DNA of 64,000 nucleotides from an uncultured Candidatus Saccharibacteria bacterium (GTDB lineage Bacteria; Patescibacteriota; Doudnabacteria; UBA920): NCBI GenBank assembly GCA_964416765.1, contig CAYQEU010000001.1, positions 276,480 to 340,479 of the forward strand, read 5' to 3'. Shown piece by piece: positions 46,968 to 56,319 of this stretch (position 1 is its first letter; each line of letters starts with the position of its first letter). The notes under the pieces were generated by a model. It saw only the letters and a program-made list of their open reading frames with translations, ran no database searches and was not told where the DNA came from. The position numbers and the translations under genes were made by a program.

Positions 46968-48147
46968 CGATTACAAGAAAAATTCCGTCATTTTAAAGCC
47001 TGAACGGGACAAGCATGTCCGAAACAAGCACCCTTGGGTCTTCATGGGTGCCATTGCGTCATACCCCGAATTTGAAGATGGTGACATATTGCCTGTGGTT
47101 ACCGCCAAAGGCGAATTTGTTGGGTATGGGTATTTTCATAAAGGCCAGTCCATTGCCGGCCGGATGTTCAGTTTTACCGATGACTACCCTATTCACTCCT
47201 TGGCCAAAAATATAAAAAACGCGATTGCCTTGCGCGCAAAGATTATTCCGCCGGACACCAATGCTTACCGTTTGATTAATGGCGAAGGCGATGATCTGCC
47301 CGGATTGATAGTTGACCGCTATGCCGACGTATTGGTTATGCAAATCAATACTTTAGGGATGGAAAAGTTGAAGCCGTTTTTACTGGAAACGTTGAAAAAG
47401 GAACTGGGCGGTTTGCCGGTTTATGAAAAATCTGGTTCCCAAACGAGGCGGCGCGAAGGCCTGCAAGAATTTGAGGGTTGGATTGACGGGCAAGGGCCAG
47501 CCGCGGTGGAAATAATCGAGCATGGCATCAAGTTCAAAGTCGTCCTTGAAGGCAGCCAGAAAACCGGTTTTTTCCTCGACCAGCGGGAAATGCGCCAAAT
47601 GGTGCGCGGCTTGGCGAACGGTCGCAACGTGCTCAACTGTTTTTCGTACACCGGCGGTTTTAGCGTCTACGCTGCCGCGGGCGGAGCTGAGAAGGTTGAC
47701 TCCGTTGATATTTCTGATTCAGCGGTGGCGGGGGCGAGGGAAAACTTTAAAATCAATAATCTGGAAGAAAAAGCCGGCGGATTTTACACCCAAGACGTGC
47801 TGGAATTCCTCCATGTCAGGACTAAGCCTGGCCAATATGATTTTATTATTTTAGACCCGCCAGCCTTCGCAAAACGGGCCAGCGACGTACATAATGCAAG
47901 CCGGGGATACACCCAGCTCAACCAGGCCGCCATGGAGAAGCTACCGGCGGGCGGCTTTTTGCTGACCAGTTCGTGCTCCGCGCACATTCCGGCTGATTTG
48001 TTCCAGACCCTGATATTCCACGCGGCCAAGCACGCGGGCCGTAACGTCAAAATAATAAGCCGCCATGTTATGGCGGCCGACCATCCGGTGAGCTTGTTTT
48101 ACCCCGAAGGTGACTATCTTAAAAGTTTGCTGGTATACGTTGAATAA
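46957..48147 (+). CDS. rlmI: RlmI-like SAM-dependent rRNA methyltransferase
   Basis: HPWVF, EGDDLPGLIVDRY, QKTGFFLDQR, ILDPPAF. Confidence 0.88.
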   Translation: MDVSDYKKNSVILKPERDKHVRNKHPWVFMGAIASYPEFEDGDILPVVTAKGEFVGYGYFHKGQSIAGRMFSFTDDYPIHSLAKNIKNAIALRAKIIPPDTNAYRLINGEGDDLPGLIVDRYADVLVMQINTLGMEKLKPFLLETLKKELGGLPVYEKSGSQTRRREGLQEFEGWIDGQGPAAVEIIEHGIKFKVVLEGSQKTGFFLDQREMRQMVRGLANGRNVLNCFSYTGGFSVYAAAGGAEKVDSVDISDSAVAGARENFKINNLEEKAGGFYTQDVLEFLHVRTKPGQYDFIILDPPAFAKRASDVHNASRGYTQLNQAAMEKLPAGGFLLTSSCSAHIPADLFQTLIFHAAKHAGRNVKIISRHVMAADHPVSLFYPEGDYLKSLLVYVE

Positions 48148-48163
48148 TACCAGGATAGCGGGG

Positions 48164-49471
48164 CTATTTCGCCGGTTTTACGCCCTGGACCAGAACTATT
48201 TTGATTGTCCGGTCAGCGGATTCACGCACCACAAACTGCGCGCCCTGGTAATCCACGGTTTCGCCGGGGTTGGGGAAGTGCTCCAGCTTTTCCAGGATAA
48301 ATCCTGACACCGTGGTGTAGTCTTCATCTTCCGGCAGCTGGAGGGAAAAATATTTGTTAAAATCCACCACTGAAACGTTTCCAGCCACGAGATAGTCATC
48401 ACCGGATTTTTTTATGGTTTCCAACACTTCATCGGTTTCATCCGCAATCTCGCCCACAATCTCCTCAAGGATATCTTCCAGGGTAACCAAGCCGGCGATT
48501 TGTCCATGCTCATCCGTTACCAACGCCATGTGGGATTTTTTCCCTTGGAGCAGTTTAAGGACCCGTCTAATTTTCATGGTATCAGGTACAAACAGCGGCG
48601 GTACCAGGAAAGTCCGCAGGTCAAGCTGATCAGGGTTTTCACCCAGAGACGTCAATAACTTTTTGGTATATAGGACGCCAATCATGCTGTTGAAGTCTCC
48701 CTGATACATGGGCAGGCGGGAATATCCCGAATCGATTGCTTTGGAAATAATTTCCGCGGCTGTTTCGCTGATGTCATACGCTGTCATATTTGCGCGCGGC
48801 ACCATAATCTTACTCACGCCTAAATCAGAAAAATTAAATACGTTTTCAATGATATTATGCTCGTGCGCTTCAATAGTCCCGACTTTGCGCCCCTCGGCAA
48901 TTAGGGAGCGGATTTCCTCTTCGGAAAGACGCCCTTCGGCGAAAGTGGTGCTGTCATTAAATGGCTTCAGGATAATGTTGGAACAAAATTCCAAAAACGT
49001 TATGAGCCAGGAAAAAACTTTAGACAAGAACCAAATGGGGTAAGCGGAAATGAGACTGAAGTTTTCCGCGTTGCGCAGGCCCAGGGACTTCGGAACTAGC
49101 TCCCCAACTATTAAGCTCAAAACCGCCACGGCAACAACTACGACTATGAAACTAATGTTATAAGAATATTGCTGGACGAAAGGTATATTGATGTAGTCCA
49201 CGTACCGCACCAGCTTTTCGGCAATGCTGGCTCCGGCAAAAGCGGAGGCGAAGATGGTGATGAGGGAAACTCCGACTTGGGTTGTAGCGAACAGCCGTTC
49301 CGGATTTTGGTGAAGTTGCTGGACAATTTTGGCACGGGTGTTGCCGGCCTTAACCAGCTCCGCGATACGGGTTTTTCGCACAGATATGAGGGCAATTTCG
49401 CTTAGGACAAAAAAGCCGTTCAATAGGGTTAGTACGAAAACTATTAATATTTCAATCCAGATATGGTTCAT
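48164..49471 (-). CDS. Hemolysin/CNNM-CBS-CorC family protein
   Basis: LNGFFVLSEIAL, GELVPKS, YSRLP, TLEDILEEIVGEI. Confidence 0.93.
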   Translation of the reverse strand: MNHIWIEILIVFVLTLLNGFFVLSEIALISVRKTRIAELVKAGNTRAKIVQQLHQNPERLFATTQVGVSLITIFASAFAGASIAEKLVRYVDYINIPFVQQYSYNISFIVVVVAVAVLSLIVGELVPKSLGLRNAENFSLISAYPIWFLSKVFSWLITFLEFCSNIILKPFNDSTTFAEGRLSEEEIRSLIAEGRKVGTIEAHEHNIIENVFNFSDLGVSKIMVPRANMTAYDISETAAEIISKAIDSGYSRLPMYQGDFNSMIGVLYTKKLLTSLGENPDQLDLRTFLVPPLFVPDTMKIRRVLKLLQGKKSHMALVTDEHGQIAGLVTLEDILEEIVGEIADETDEVLETIKKSGDDYLVAGNVSVVDFNKYFSLQLPEDEDYTTVSGFILEKLEHFPNPGETVDYQGAQFVVRESADRTIKIVLVQGVKPAK

Positions 49472-49514
49472 TGATGTCTGTTATTATACCACATTTTTTG
49501 CTAAAATAAGGGCT

Positions 49515-50432
49515 ATGAATGAGTACGAAATCATCCTATTTTACAAGTATATCCACCTGGAAGACCCAGAGGCCGTTGCTGATTGGCAAAGGGATCTCCA
49601 GGCGGGATTGGGCATAAAAGGGCGCACAATAGTGGCTAGCGAGGGTATTAACGCCACTATGGAAGGCACCAAGGAAAACATTGACGCATACCTGGCTGAA
49701 TTCTTAGCCGACCCCCGTTTTGCCAACACTCACATAAAGCGCAGTGCGGGCATGGGAACTGCTTTCCCCAAAACCAAGATTAAAGTCCGTAAAGAAATTG
49801 TGACTTTGGGTTTGGGTGATGCTTGTGACATCGATCCCAATGTTTTAACGGGAATTCACCTCAAACCAGAAGAACTTCATGAATGGATCCAAACAGGAAA
49901 GGAATTTTATATTGTCGACATGAGGAATGCCTATGAACACCTGGCCGGGCACTTCCAAGGGTCTATCTTGCCGCCTTTGGAGAACTTTCGGGACCTGCCG
50001 AAGTTTGTAGAATCCATTTCGCATTTAAAAGACAAGACGGTTTTGACAGTATGCACCGGAGGGGTCCGGTGTGAAAAAGCCTCGGGCTACCTCTTGAGTC
50101 AGGGTTTTAGCGACGTTTACCAGCTTGACGGCGGTATTGTCTCCTACATGGAAAAATATCCGAACGAAAATTTTGTGGGTAAGCTATATGTGTTCGACAA
50201 CAGGATCCTGATGGGTTTTTACACGGATGACCCGAGGCACCAGGTGGTGGGGGCGTGTAGTATTTGCAATAAACCCTGCGAACGGTTTACTAACTGCATT
50301 GACCCCGAGTGCCACCGCCAGGTCATTGCCTGCGAGGAATGTGAAATCAACGAAGGCCAGGCTTTCCTCTGCAAAGAAGGATGCAAAGAAGAAGCCCTAC
50401 TTGCGAAGCAGGCCAAAGCGTCCGCTCATTAA
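49515..50432 (+). CDS. trhO: Rhodanese-related TrhO/YceA tRNA hydroxylase
   Basis: KGRTIVASEGINAT, DMRNAYE, CTGGVRCEK, YVFDNR. Confidence 0.88.
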   Translation: MNEYEIILFYKYIHLEDPEAVADWQRDLQAGLGIKGRTIVASEGINATMEGTKENIDAYLAEFLADPRFANTHIKRSAGMGTAFPKTKIKVRKEIVTLGLGDACDIDPNVLTGIHLKPEELHEWIQTGKEFYIVDMRNAYEHLAGHFQGSILPPLENFRDLPKFVESISHLKDKTVLTVCTGGVRCEKASGYLLSQGFSDVYQLDGGIVSYMEKYPNENFVGKLYVFDNRILMGFYTDDPRHQVVGACSICNKPCERFTNCIDPECHRQVIACEECEINEGQAFLCKEGCKEEALLAKQAKASAH

Positions 50433-50951
50433 TCGGAATGCCAGAATTGCCGACCCGGTCACGGCCAAGCCCACAAGCGCTCCGGCCGCCACATCACCGG
50501 GATAATGATGGCCAAGGTAGACCCGGTCAAATGCCACTAAAAAAGCCCAAGCCCACACCCAATGACGGTGAGGGCTTTTAAGTTTCCATACCAAGAACAA
50601 GGCAAACGCAAAAGCAACAGCGGCTTCCGCCGAGGGGAAGGAAAATGTCGTGGGATAGGGGGTCGCGGCAAATACATTGGGCAGGGCCTGCAGGGGGCGC
50701 GGACGAGCAGAGAGAGGCTTCAGGGCCAGATCTACGATGACATCAGTAAGTGCTAGTACGACGGCCATAATGCCAGCCTTGTGGTATTTTCTGGCCGAAA
50801 GGAACAGTAGGAGAGGTAGGAGGTATATTAAAAGCCCCCGGGTGCAAAAATGAAGGATATTGAAAAAGTGGACCAGTCCCGCCGGATGAGGTAGGGAGTT
50901 AACCCAAAGGAGCAAGGTAACATCTAATTGTTGCAGAGCGTTTAAAACCAT
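50397..50951 (-). CDS. PAP2 family phosphatase
   Basis: KPLSARPRP, SFPS, RVYLGHHYPGDV. Confidence 0.88.
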   Translation of the reverse strand: MVLNALQQLDVTLLLWVNSLPHPAGLVHFFNILHFCTRGLLIYLLPLLLFLSARKYHKAGIMAVVLALTDVIVDLALKPLSARPRPLQALPNVFAATPYPTTFSFPSAEAAVAFAFALFLVWKLKSPHRHWVWAWAFLVAFDRVYLGHHYPGDVAAGALVGLAVTGSAILAFRLMSGRFGLLRK

Positions 50952-50985
50952 ATACTGATTATATGGATTTAGCTAAAATTAAGCC

Positions 50986-51873
50986 ATGACGAAACGGATA
51001 TCAGTGATAGTCAATGCTGGGGCGGGTGGTACAAAAATGGACCAAAAGGTGGCGGACCTTCGTCACGCATTTTCGGGTGCTGGAGTTATAGCAGATTTTT
51101 TCCTGTCCCATGAAGGGACTGACACCCGGGAAGTTACCCGGAACGCCATAAGCAAGGGCGCCCAGATAGTGGTAGCCGCGGGTGGGGACGGCACGATTAA
51201 CGCGGTCGCCGCCGAGGCACTGGAAAGTTCCACAACATTGGGAATCATCCCCTTTGGAACCTTTAACCATTTATCTAAAGATTTAGGGATTCCCCAGGAT
51301 TTAGAGAGCGCCGTAAGTCTTCTCGGTACCGGCACGGAAAAATCGATTGACGTCGCGGAAGTCAACAACCGAATATTCCTCAACAATTCCAGTATCGGGA
51401 TTTATTCTAAAATTGTCGCGACACGCCAGCGCCATGAGCGGTATGGCTACTCCAAGGGTTTTGCTTTACTGCTTTCTCTTTTGAGCCTCGTCCGACGCTA
51501 TTCCTTTGTTGAAGTCCAGATTGAAATAGAAGGGCAGACGAGAAGTTTCCGGTCGCCGCTCGTTGTTATCGGAAATAATAAGTATGAGGTGGAAGGCTTG
51601 AATTTTGGCAGCCGTGAGCGGTTGGACGAGGGGATGTTATCGTTGTTTGTCGTGAGGCACGCCGGTGTAAAAACCCTGGCCACTCTCCTGGTCCATGCTT
51701 TTAAAAAAACCCTTCGCCAGCATGACTTGTTTGAAGAGTATTTTTCGAAAGCGGTTACTGTCCGGACAAAAAAACCGGTGGTTAAGGTTGGCATTGACGG
51801 GGAGATTATTTCCGTGAGCTCACCTTTGGAATATAAATTAAGGCCGCGCGCCTTGCGTGTAATTACCAAATGA
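50986..51873 (+). CDS. Diacylglycerol kinase family protein
   Basis: AAGGDGTIN, IPFGTFN, IDGE. Confidence 0.9.
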   Translation: MTKRISVIVNAGAGGTKMDQKVADLRHAFSGAGVIADFFLSHEGTDTREVTRNAISKGAQIVVAAGGDGTINAVAAEALESSTTLGIIPFGTFNHLSKDLGIPQDLESAVSLLGTGTEKSIDVAEVNNRIFLNNSSIGIYSKIVATRQRHERYGYSKGFALLLSLLSLVRRYSFVEVQIEIEGQTRSFRSPLVVIGNNKYEVEGLNFGSRERLDEGMLSLFVVRHAGVKTLATLLVHAFKKTLRQHDLFEEYFSKAVTVRTKKPVVKVGIDGEIISVSSPLEYKLRPRALRVITK

Positions 51874-52649
51874 ATCACCGACTCATCCAATTGTCCGATT
51901 TGCACTTTGGCACACACGACGCTTTCATCACGGAAGCGCTGGTTAAGCATGTGCAAGCACTCAAACCAGACTCTTTGGTGGTGTGCGGGGATTTAACTAT
52001 GAGGGCAAAGGTTGGTCAATTTAAGGAAGCCTCCCAATTTTTAAAAAAGTTTACTGTCCCCACCATAGTTGTCCCAGGTAACCATGACATACCGCTGTAT
52101 AACCTGTTTCGGCGATTCTATAAACCCCTGCGCCGGTTTAGAAGTTACATCGCGGCGCGGGAAGAATCCCACTTGGCCGTGGATGGACTGATTGTTATCG
52201 GACTAAATTCCAGCCGTTCGCTGACGATTAAAGGGGGAGATATTTCCAACCGCCAAATAAGAATGGTTGAAAGCATTATAGAAGGAATTCCCAAAACCGA
52301 CATCAAAATGTTGGTAACCCACCATCCCATTAACAAGATTTCCAAAAGAAAGCTCCACAAATTAGTGGAAGCCGGTATAGACATTTTCTTGTCAGGCCAT
52401 GGCCATCGTTCCTCCACTAATTTGCTGGTGAAGAAAATACGGGAGAAGGAACACACCGCTCTCATGGTTGAGGCAGGCACTTCCAGCTCCAGGCGGTACC
52501 GCGATGAACACAATTCTTTCAACTGTCTAACATTTGAAAGCCATAAGCTAATTCTGGAAACGTACACTTGGCAGGAAACCAGCATGGCGTTTGCCGTTGC
52601 TGCTTTTCGAGAGTACAAGCGTGAGTATGACCGCTGGGTCCAGATTTAG
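51870..52649 (+). CDS. Metallophosphoesterase
   Basis: SDLHFG, GDLT, PGNHD, HHP, SGHGH. Confidence 0.9.
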   Translation: MNHRLIQLSDLHFGTHDAFITEALVKHVQALKPDSLVVCGDLTMRAKVGQFKEASQFLKKFTVPTIVVPGNHDIPLYNLFRRFYKPLRRFRSYIAAREESHLAVDGLIVIGLNSSRSLTIKGGDISNRQIRMVESIIEGIPKTDIKMLVTHHPINKISKRKLHKLVEAGIDIFLSGHGHRSSTNLLVKKIREKEHTALMVEAGTSSSRRYRDEHNSFNCLTFESHKLILETYTWQETSMAFAVAAFREYKREYDRWVQI

Positions 52650-53407
52650 GCACGCATGGCCTGATCTACTGGACACCAGTAGGCCCAACGTTGCCGCTTG
52701 CCGGTTTTTTCACGGATAATTTTTTGGCCGCAATAAGGACATGTCCCTTTGCGGTGGATCTTCAGGTTTTTGCGCAAGACAAAGTCCTTCCGCCACTCGT
52801 AAAATTGCCAGGAAAAATCTCGCGCCAGTTTTACCAGTTTACGAAGCTTAGTAAGAGGCACGTCTCGCACCTTTTCCTTCGGGTTAACTTTGGCCAAAGA
52901 GAGAATTTCATTTTTTATGATATTGCCCACGCCGGCAAAGATTTCTTGGTCCAATAAAACGTCGGCAATTTGCTCGTCCGGGAGGGACTGAACAGTTTTC
53001 AGTGCTTTCTTTGCGTCCCAGGCACTAGAGAGAACATCAAGGGAAAAATCGTAATCCGAGCGGGCTTGGGAAGTTTCTATCCATTTCACGCTGCAGCTGT
53101 AACACTCAATATGGCCATTTTTGAACTCTAGTACCAAACGAGGTTCCTGAGCTTTCTTCTTATAGTCACCGGTTACGAAAACTTTTCCCACCTTGGCTTG
53201 GAAAGTCCCAAACAGCATGAAGTGTATCCGCATGGCGAAACCAGGAAACTGGAATACCAGGTGTTTTCCCCATGAAAAAATTTCCAGCACCTTTTGCTGG
53301 TCCATGCGTTCAATGCCAATTTTTGAGTTTCCGGAAACACGCATTATCTTGCGTCCGACAAACGGCCTCAATTGCTCTGAAGCCAATAGTAACGATGGTC
53401 CTTCCAT
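52646..53407 (-). CDS. Fpg/Nei family DNA glycosylase-like protein
   Basis: SWGKHL, LLDQEIFAGVGNIIKNE, C-terminal zinc finger. Confidence 0.88.
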   Translation of the reverse strand: MEGPSLLLASEQLRPFVGRKIMRVSGNSKIGIERMDQQKVLEIFSWGKHLVFQFPGFAMRIHFMLFGTFQAKVGKVFVTGDYKKKAQEPRLVLEFKNGHIECYSCSVKWIETSQARSDYDFSLDVLSSAWDAKKALKTVQSLPDEQIADVLLDQEIFAGVGNIIKNEILSLAKVNPKEKVRDVPLTKLRKLVKLARDFSWQFYEWRKDFVLRKNLKIHRKGTCPYCGQKIIREKTGKRQRWAYWCPVDQAMRA

Positions 53408-53469
53408 ATAAAATAAATCGCTCCATTAAGAGCGATTGTTACGGTCAAGCGGATGCGGAGGAGGAGGTG

Positions 53470-53865
53470 CTAAATGTAGTCTAGCAAGGGAATTAACTGA
53501 GGATAGATTGTTTCCGGATCGACTTCTTCCTTGCTGAAGAATTTAATTTCTTCGCATTCGTCTGACGGGGAAAAATCCAGCGAGGGGAAGGCGACACGGT
53601 AAAACAGCATGATACGGGCTTTCCCGCCCCGGTCTAGAGTGGGATAAGCGATAACCGGCATTTTATCTAAAATGGTAGGAGCAATTCCCATTTCTTCCTG
53701 GCACTCCCGAATTAACGCGTCTTCAAAAGTTTCATTTTTGGTGACTTTGCCGCCGGGTACTTCCCATAATCCATTCTTCTCCCGGATCATCATGAGTTTT
53801 TTATCAGCATTAAAAAACAGGGCTTTGACCGAAACATAAAAAGTTTTGTTGTTGGGGAAGTCCAT
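53470..53865 (-). CDS. NUDIX hydrolase
   Basis: PGGKVTKNETFEDALIRECQEEMG; true start MDFP, because the longer ORF runs through the tRNA. Confidence 0.85.
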   Translation of the reverse strand: MDFPNNKTFYVSVKALFFNADKKLMMIREKNGLWEVPGGKVTKNETFEDALIRECQEEMGIAPTILDKMPVIAYPTLDRGGKARIMLFYRVAFPSLDFSPSDECEEIKFFSKEEVDPETIYPQLIPLLDYI

Positions 53866-53867
53866 AT

Positions 53868-53942
53868 TGGTAGCGCCACGGGGAATCGAACCCCGGTTCC
53901 GTGGATGAGAACCACGTGTCCTAACCACTAGACGATGGCGCC
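53868..53942 (-). tRNA. tRNA-Glu(CTC)
   Basis: CGTGG-TT-CTC-AT-CCACG anticodon arm, GTTCGATTC, CCA. Confidence 0.96.
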
Positions 53943-54023
53943 AAAAAGGTTAAAATCTTAGCTATTATAGCCATTTTTGACCCGTTAATCAACTGTTGTT
54001 ATAATGGCTTATAAAATAAAAAC

Positions 54024-54146
54024 ATGGCAAAAATAGCTCTAATTATTATCTTACTTTCATTGGTGGCGGCCGGTTGCCAAGGCGTTGAATTGAAACGCGA
54101 GCAACCGTATTCGCCTAAGGAATCGTATGACCAGCTACCACGCTAA
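54024..54146 (+). CDS. 40-aa lipoprotein
   Basis: MAKIALIIILLSLVAAGCQG... Confidence 0.55.
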   Translation: MAKIALIIILLSLVAAGCQGVELKREQPYSPKESYDQLPR

Positions 54147-54421
54147 AATAGAGTTCATGAGCATTGCCATATAGTTCCCGCGCCAGTTCGGTGCGGGCTT
54201 TTTGTTAGGAGGCTTTATCAAAGATTGCAGAGGGTACCCAAACTCATATGAGAGTGAACGCGCCAGCGTCTAGTGCCTTCCATCTCGCGGGAGGGGCGAA
54301 ACAAGGATGCGGGAGGGTTAACCCCAGCCGGGCGCCGGTGGGCATGCGGTTCAAGACCGTCGAATCTGCAATAAACTACGGGCGGCATCTGTGTCCTCTT
54401 CAGATGTCCGCCCGTTGTTTT

Positions 54422-55012
54422 TTATTCTTCAGTTGTCTCTTGTTCGGGGTCCATTTGCCGTTCGGCTTCCGGCACCGAATCTTTTAGTGCCGGAGCGTCT
54501 GGAAGCTTGATGGAGCTGGTTATAGTGTCGAAATCTGGAAGGTCACTAACGGAATTGAGCCCCATGTGCTGCAGGAACTCAGTCGTAACCTGGTAAAGAG
54601 AACCACGGGCGTCATATGGGTTGGGAATTTTTTCGATCATCCCGCGCATTAGCAGGGCGCGAAGGCTGTACTGTGAATTAACGCCGCGTATTGCCTCCAT
54701 TTCCGCTTTGGAAATAGGTTGCCGGTAGGCAATAATGGCAAGCACCTCAACAGTAGCCTCAGTCAGTTTTTCTCGCAGGTCCTGATTCAGGAAGCTTTTA
54801 ACAAGATCGCTATTCTCAGCGTTTGTAGCCATCTGGTAGTTTCCATTTGCTTCCAGAACCACTACGCCGGCATTTTGACGGTCTACTACCAACTCAGTCC
54901 CGGCCTTGCGTACTTCGCCCTCAGTCGCGCCGGTTAGCTTTGCGAGGGTTTTGTATGAAAGCGGTTTGCTCGAAACAAAGAGAAGGCTTTCAATTTTTTG
55001 CTTCAGTTCCAT
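54422..55012 (-). CDS. scpB: SMC-ScpAB subunit ScpB
   Basis: IESLLFVS, EVLAIIAYRQPIS, IRGVNS. Confidence 0.95.
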   Translation of the reverse strand: MELKQKIESLLFVSSKPLSYKTLAKLTGATEGEVRKAGTELVVDRQNAGVVVLEANGNYQMATNAENSDLVKSFLNQDLREKLTEATVEVLAIIAYRQPISKAEMEAIRGVNSQYSLRALLMRGMIEKIPNPYDARGSLYQVTTEFLQHMGLNSVSDLPDFDTITSSIKLPDAPALKDSVPEAERQMDPEQETTEE

Positions 55013-55740
55013 TAGGATTCTTCAATTACAGCCGAGGGCTGATACTTTTTAATAGTTATATCAGTAAAAAGGTTTTCCTGCTCAACGGATAAGACTCGTT
55101 GTTTGGTCAGCTCCAATAGTGCCAAAAATGTAATGATGACTTCCGGTTTGCTTTTGGCGGTTTTGAGTAAGTCATTCAAGCTAGTTTCTATTTTCTCCGA
55201 CAACAATCCCTGCAGCTCCTTAATTTTATCGCCAATAGAAATGGCTTCACGGACCTTGGCTTTTGGCAGATTGTCCAACTCTTTGAGGATTTGAACAATG
55301 CCGTTGGCGGCTGTTTGCAGATCCTCGGGGCGGAGTTCGGGGTCTGGGAGAAAGCTAATCCTTTCGGAAAACACTAAGGTACGGATAAAGCTTTGCCTTT
55401 CTAGGCCGTCCCGTTTTTTGAAGTACTTTGCCGCTTCCTTGAACTGTTGGTAAAGGATGAGGCGGGCAGCCAAATCCTCGGCGGTTTCTTCCGCGTCTTC
55501 GGTTTCAATCTCAAGGGTTGGCAGAATGGCTTTTGATTTTATGACCAGCAGCTTGGCGGCGATTGACAGGTAATCGGCTAGCGCGGTTGCGTCGATATTT
55601 TCGAGTTGTTTGACGTATGCTAAAAACTGTTCGGTTACTTCCGAAATCGCCAGCTCAGTAATGTTTAGTTTTTGTTCTTGAATTAGCGAGAGCAAAAGGT
55701 CGAGCGGGCCCTCAAACTGGTGGAGTTTAACTGACTGCAT
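55012..55740 (-). CDS. scpA: SMC-ScpAB subunit ScpA
   Basis: FEGPLDLLLSLI, TFLALLEL. Confidence 0.95.
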   Translation of the reverse strand: MQSVKLHQFEGPLDLLLSLIQEQKLNITELAISEVTEQFLAYVKQLENIDATALADYLSIAAKLLVIKSKAILPTLEIETEDAEETAEDLAARLILYQQFKEAAKYFKKRDGLERQSFIRTLVFSERISFLPDPELRPEDLQTAANGIVQILKELDNLPKAKVREAISIGDKIKELQGLLSEKIETSLNDLLKTAKSKPEVIITFLALLELTKQRVLSVEQENLFTDITIKKYQPSAVIEES

Positions 55741-56052
55741 TTAGAGATTTTCTTGTTGTTTTTTGAAGAAGTTTTTGAAGGTAAGCAATAAAGCCAGGAT
55801 TAGTGCGCCGATGCCAACCACCGTCAGAACGGTTTTCCAATGACTCATGGTTTGCATAACGTATTCGTTGTAACCGCAAGGATAATTGGTTTGGTCACCC
55901 GAAACAGCTATTTGTGTGCAAACACCGTTGAAAGTGAAAGATGCTTTGGCTAGGTCGAAAAGAAACCAAAGGGAGAGAAGGGCTAACAACAGGATCAGCG
56001 ATTCCGCGAGCATACCCTTGTAAGTAACTTTTTTGTTTAGGAAGCCAAACAT
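55741..56052 (-). CDS. Small membrane protein
   Basis: Two TM segments; within the operon. Confidence 0.65.
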   Translation of the reverse strand: MFGFLNKKVTYKGMLAESLILLLALLSLWFLFDLAKASFTFNGVCTQIAVSGDQTNYPCGYNEYVMQTMSHWKTVLTVVGIGALILALLLTFKNFFKKQQENL

Positions 56053-56319
56053 TTATTTTACAACTATTGATCGATTGTAATTTCTCTTTGCAATTAAATA
56101 GTAAATAGTAGATGCAATTGCAGATAATCCCACAGCGTAAGGCCAGCCTAGTACAAGAATGAAATATATTCCTCCGACCTGAAATGCATGGGCAGTGCTT
56201 TTGTCGCTTGCGTCAATTATAGTAGCTTGGAAAAAAAGGAATACAAATATTGCTGCCAAAAGTAACAAACCTATTGTTGTGACAAAAAAGAATATCAAAC
56301 TTTTGGCAAATGGTTTCAT
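56053..56319 (-). CDS. Small membrane protein
   Basis: Two TM segments; within the operon. Confidence 0.6.
   Translation of the reverse strand: MKPFAKSLIFFFVTTIGLLLLAAIFVFLFFQATIIDASDKSTAHAFQVGGIYFILVLGWPYAVGLSAIASTIYYLIAKRNYNRSIVVK

Noticed and set aside
54468-54494. GGCACCGAATC in a hairpin as a third copy of the 27-nt loop element
   Set aside because: Only 11 nt match, it lacks the TCACT/CGTTC ends, and it lies inside scpB coding sequence.
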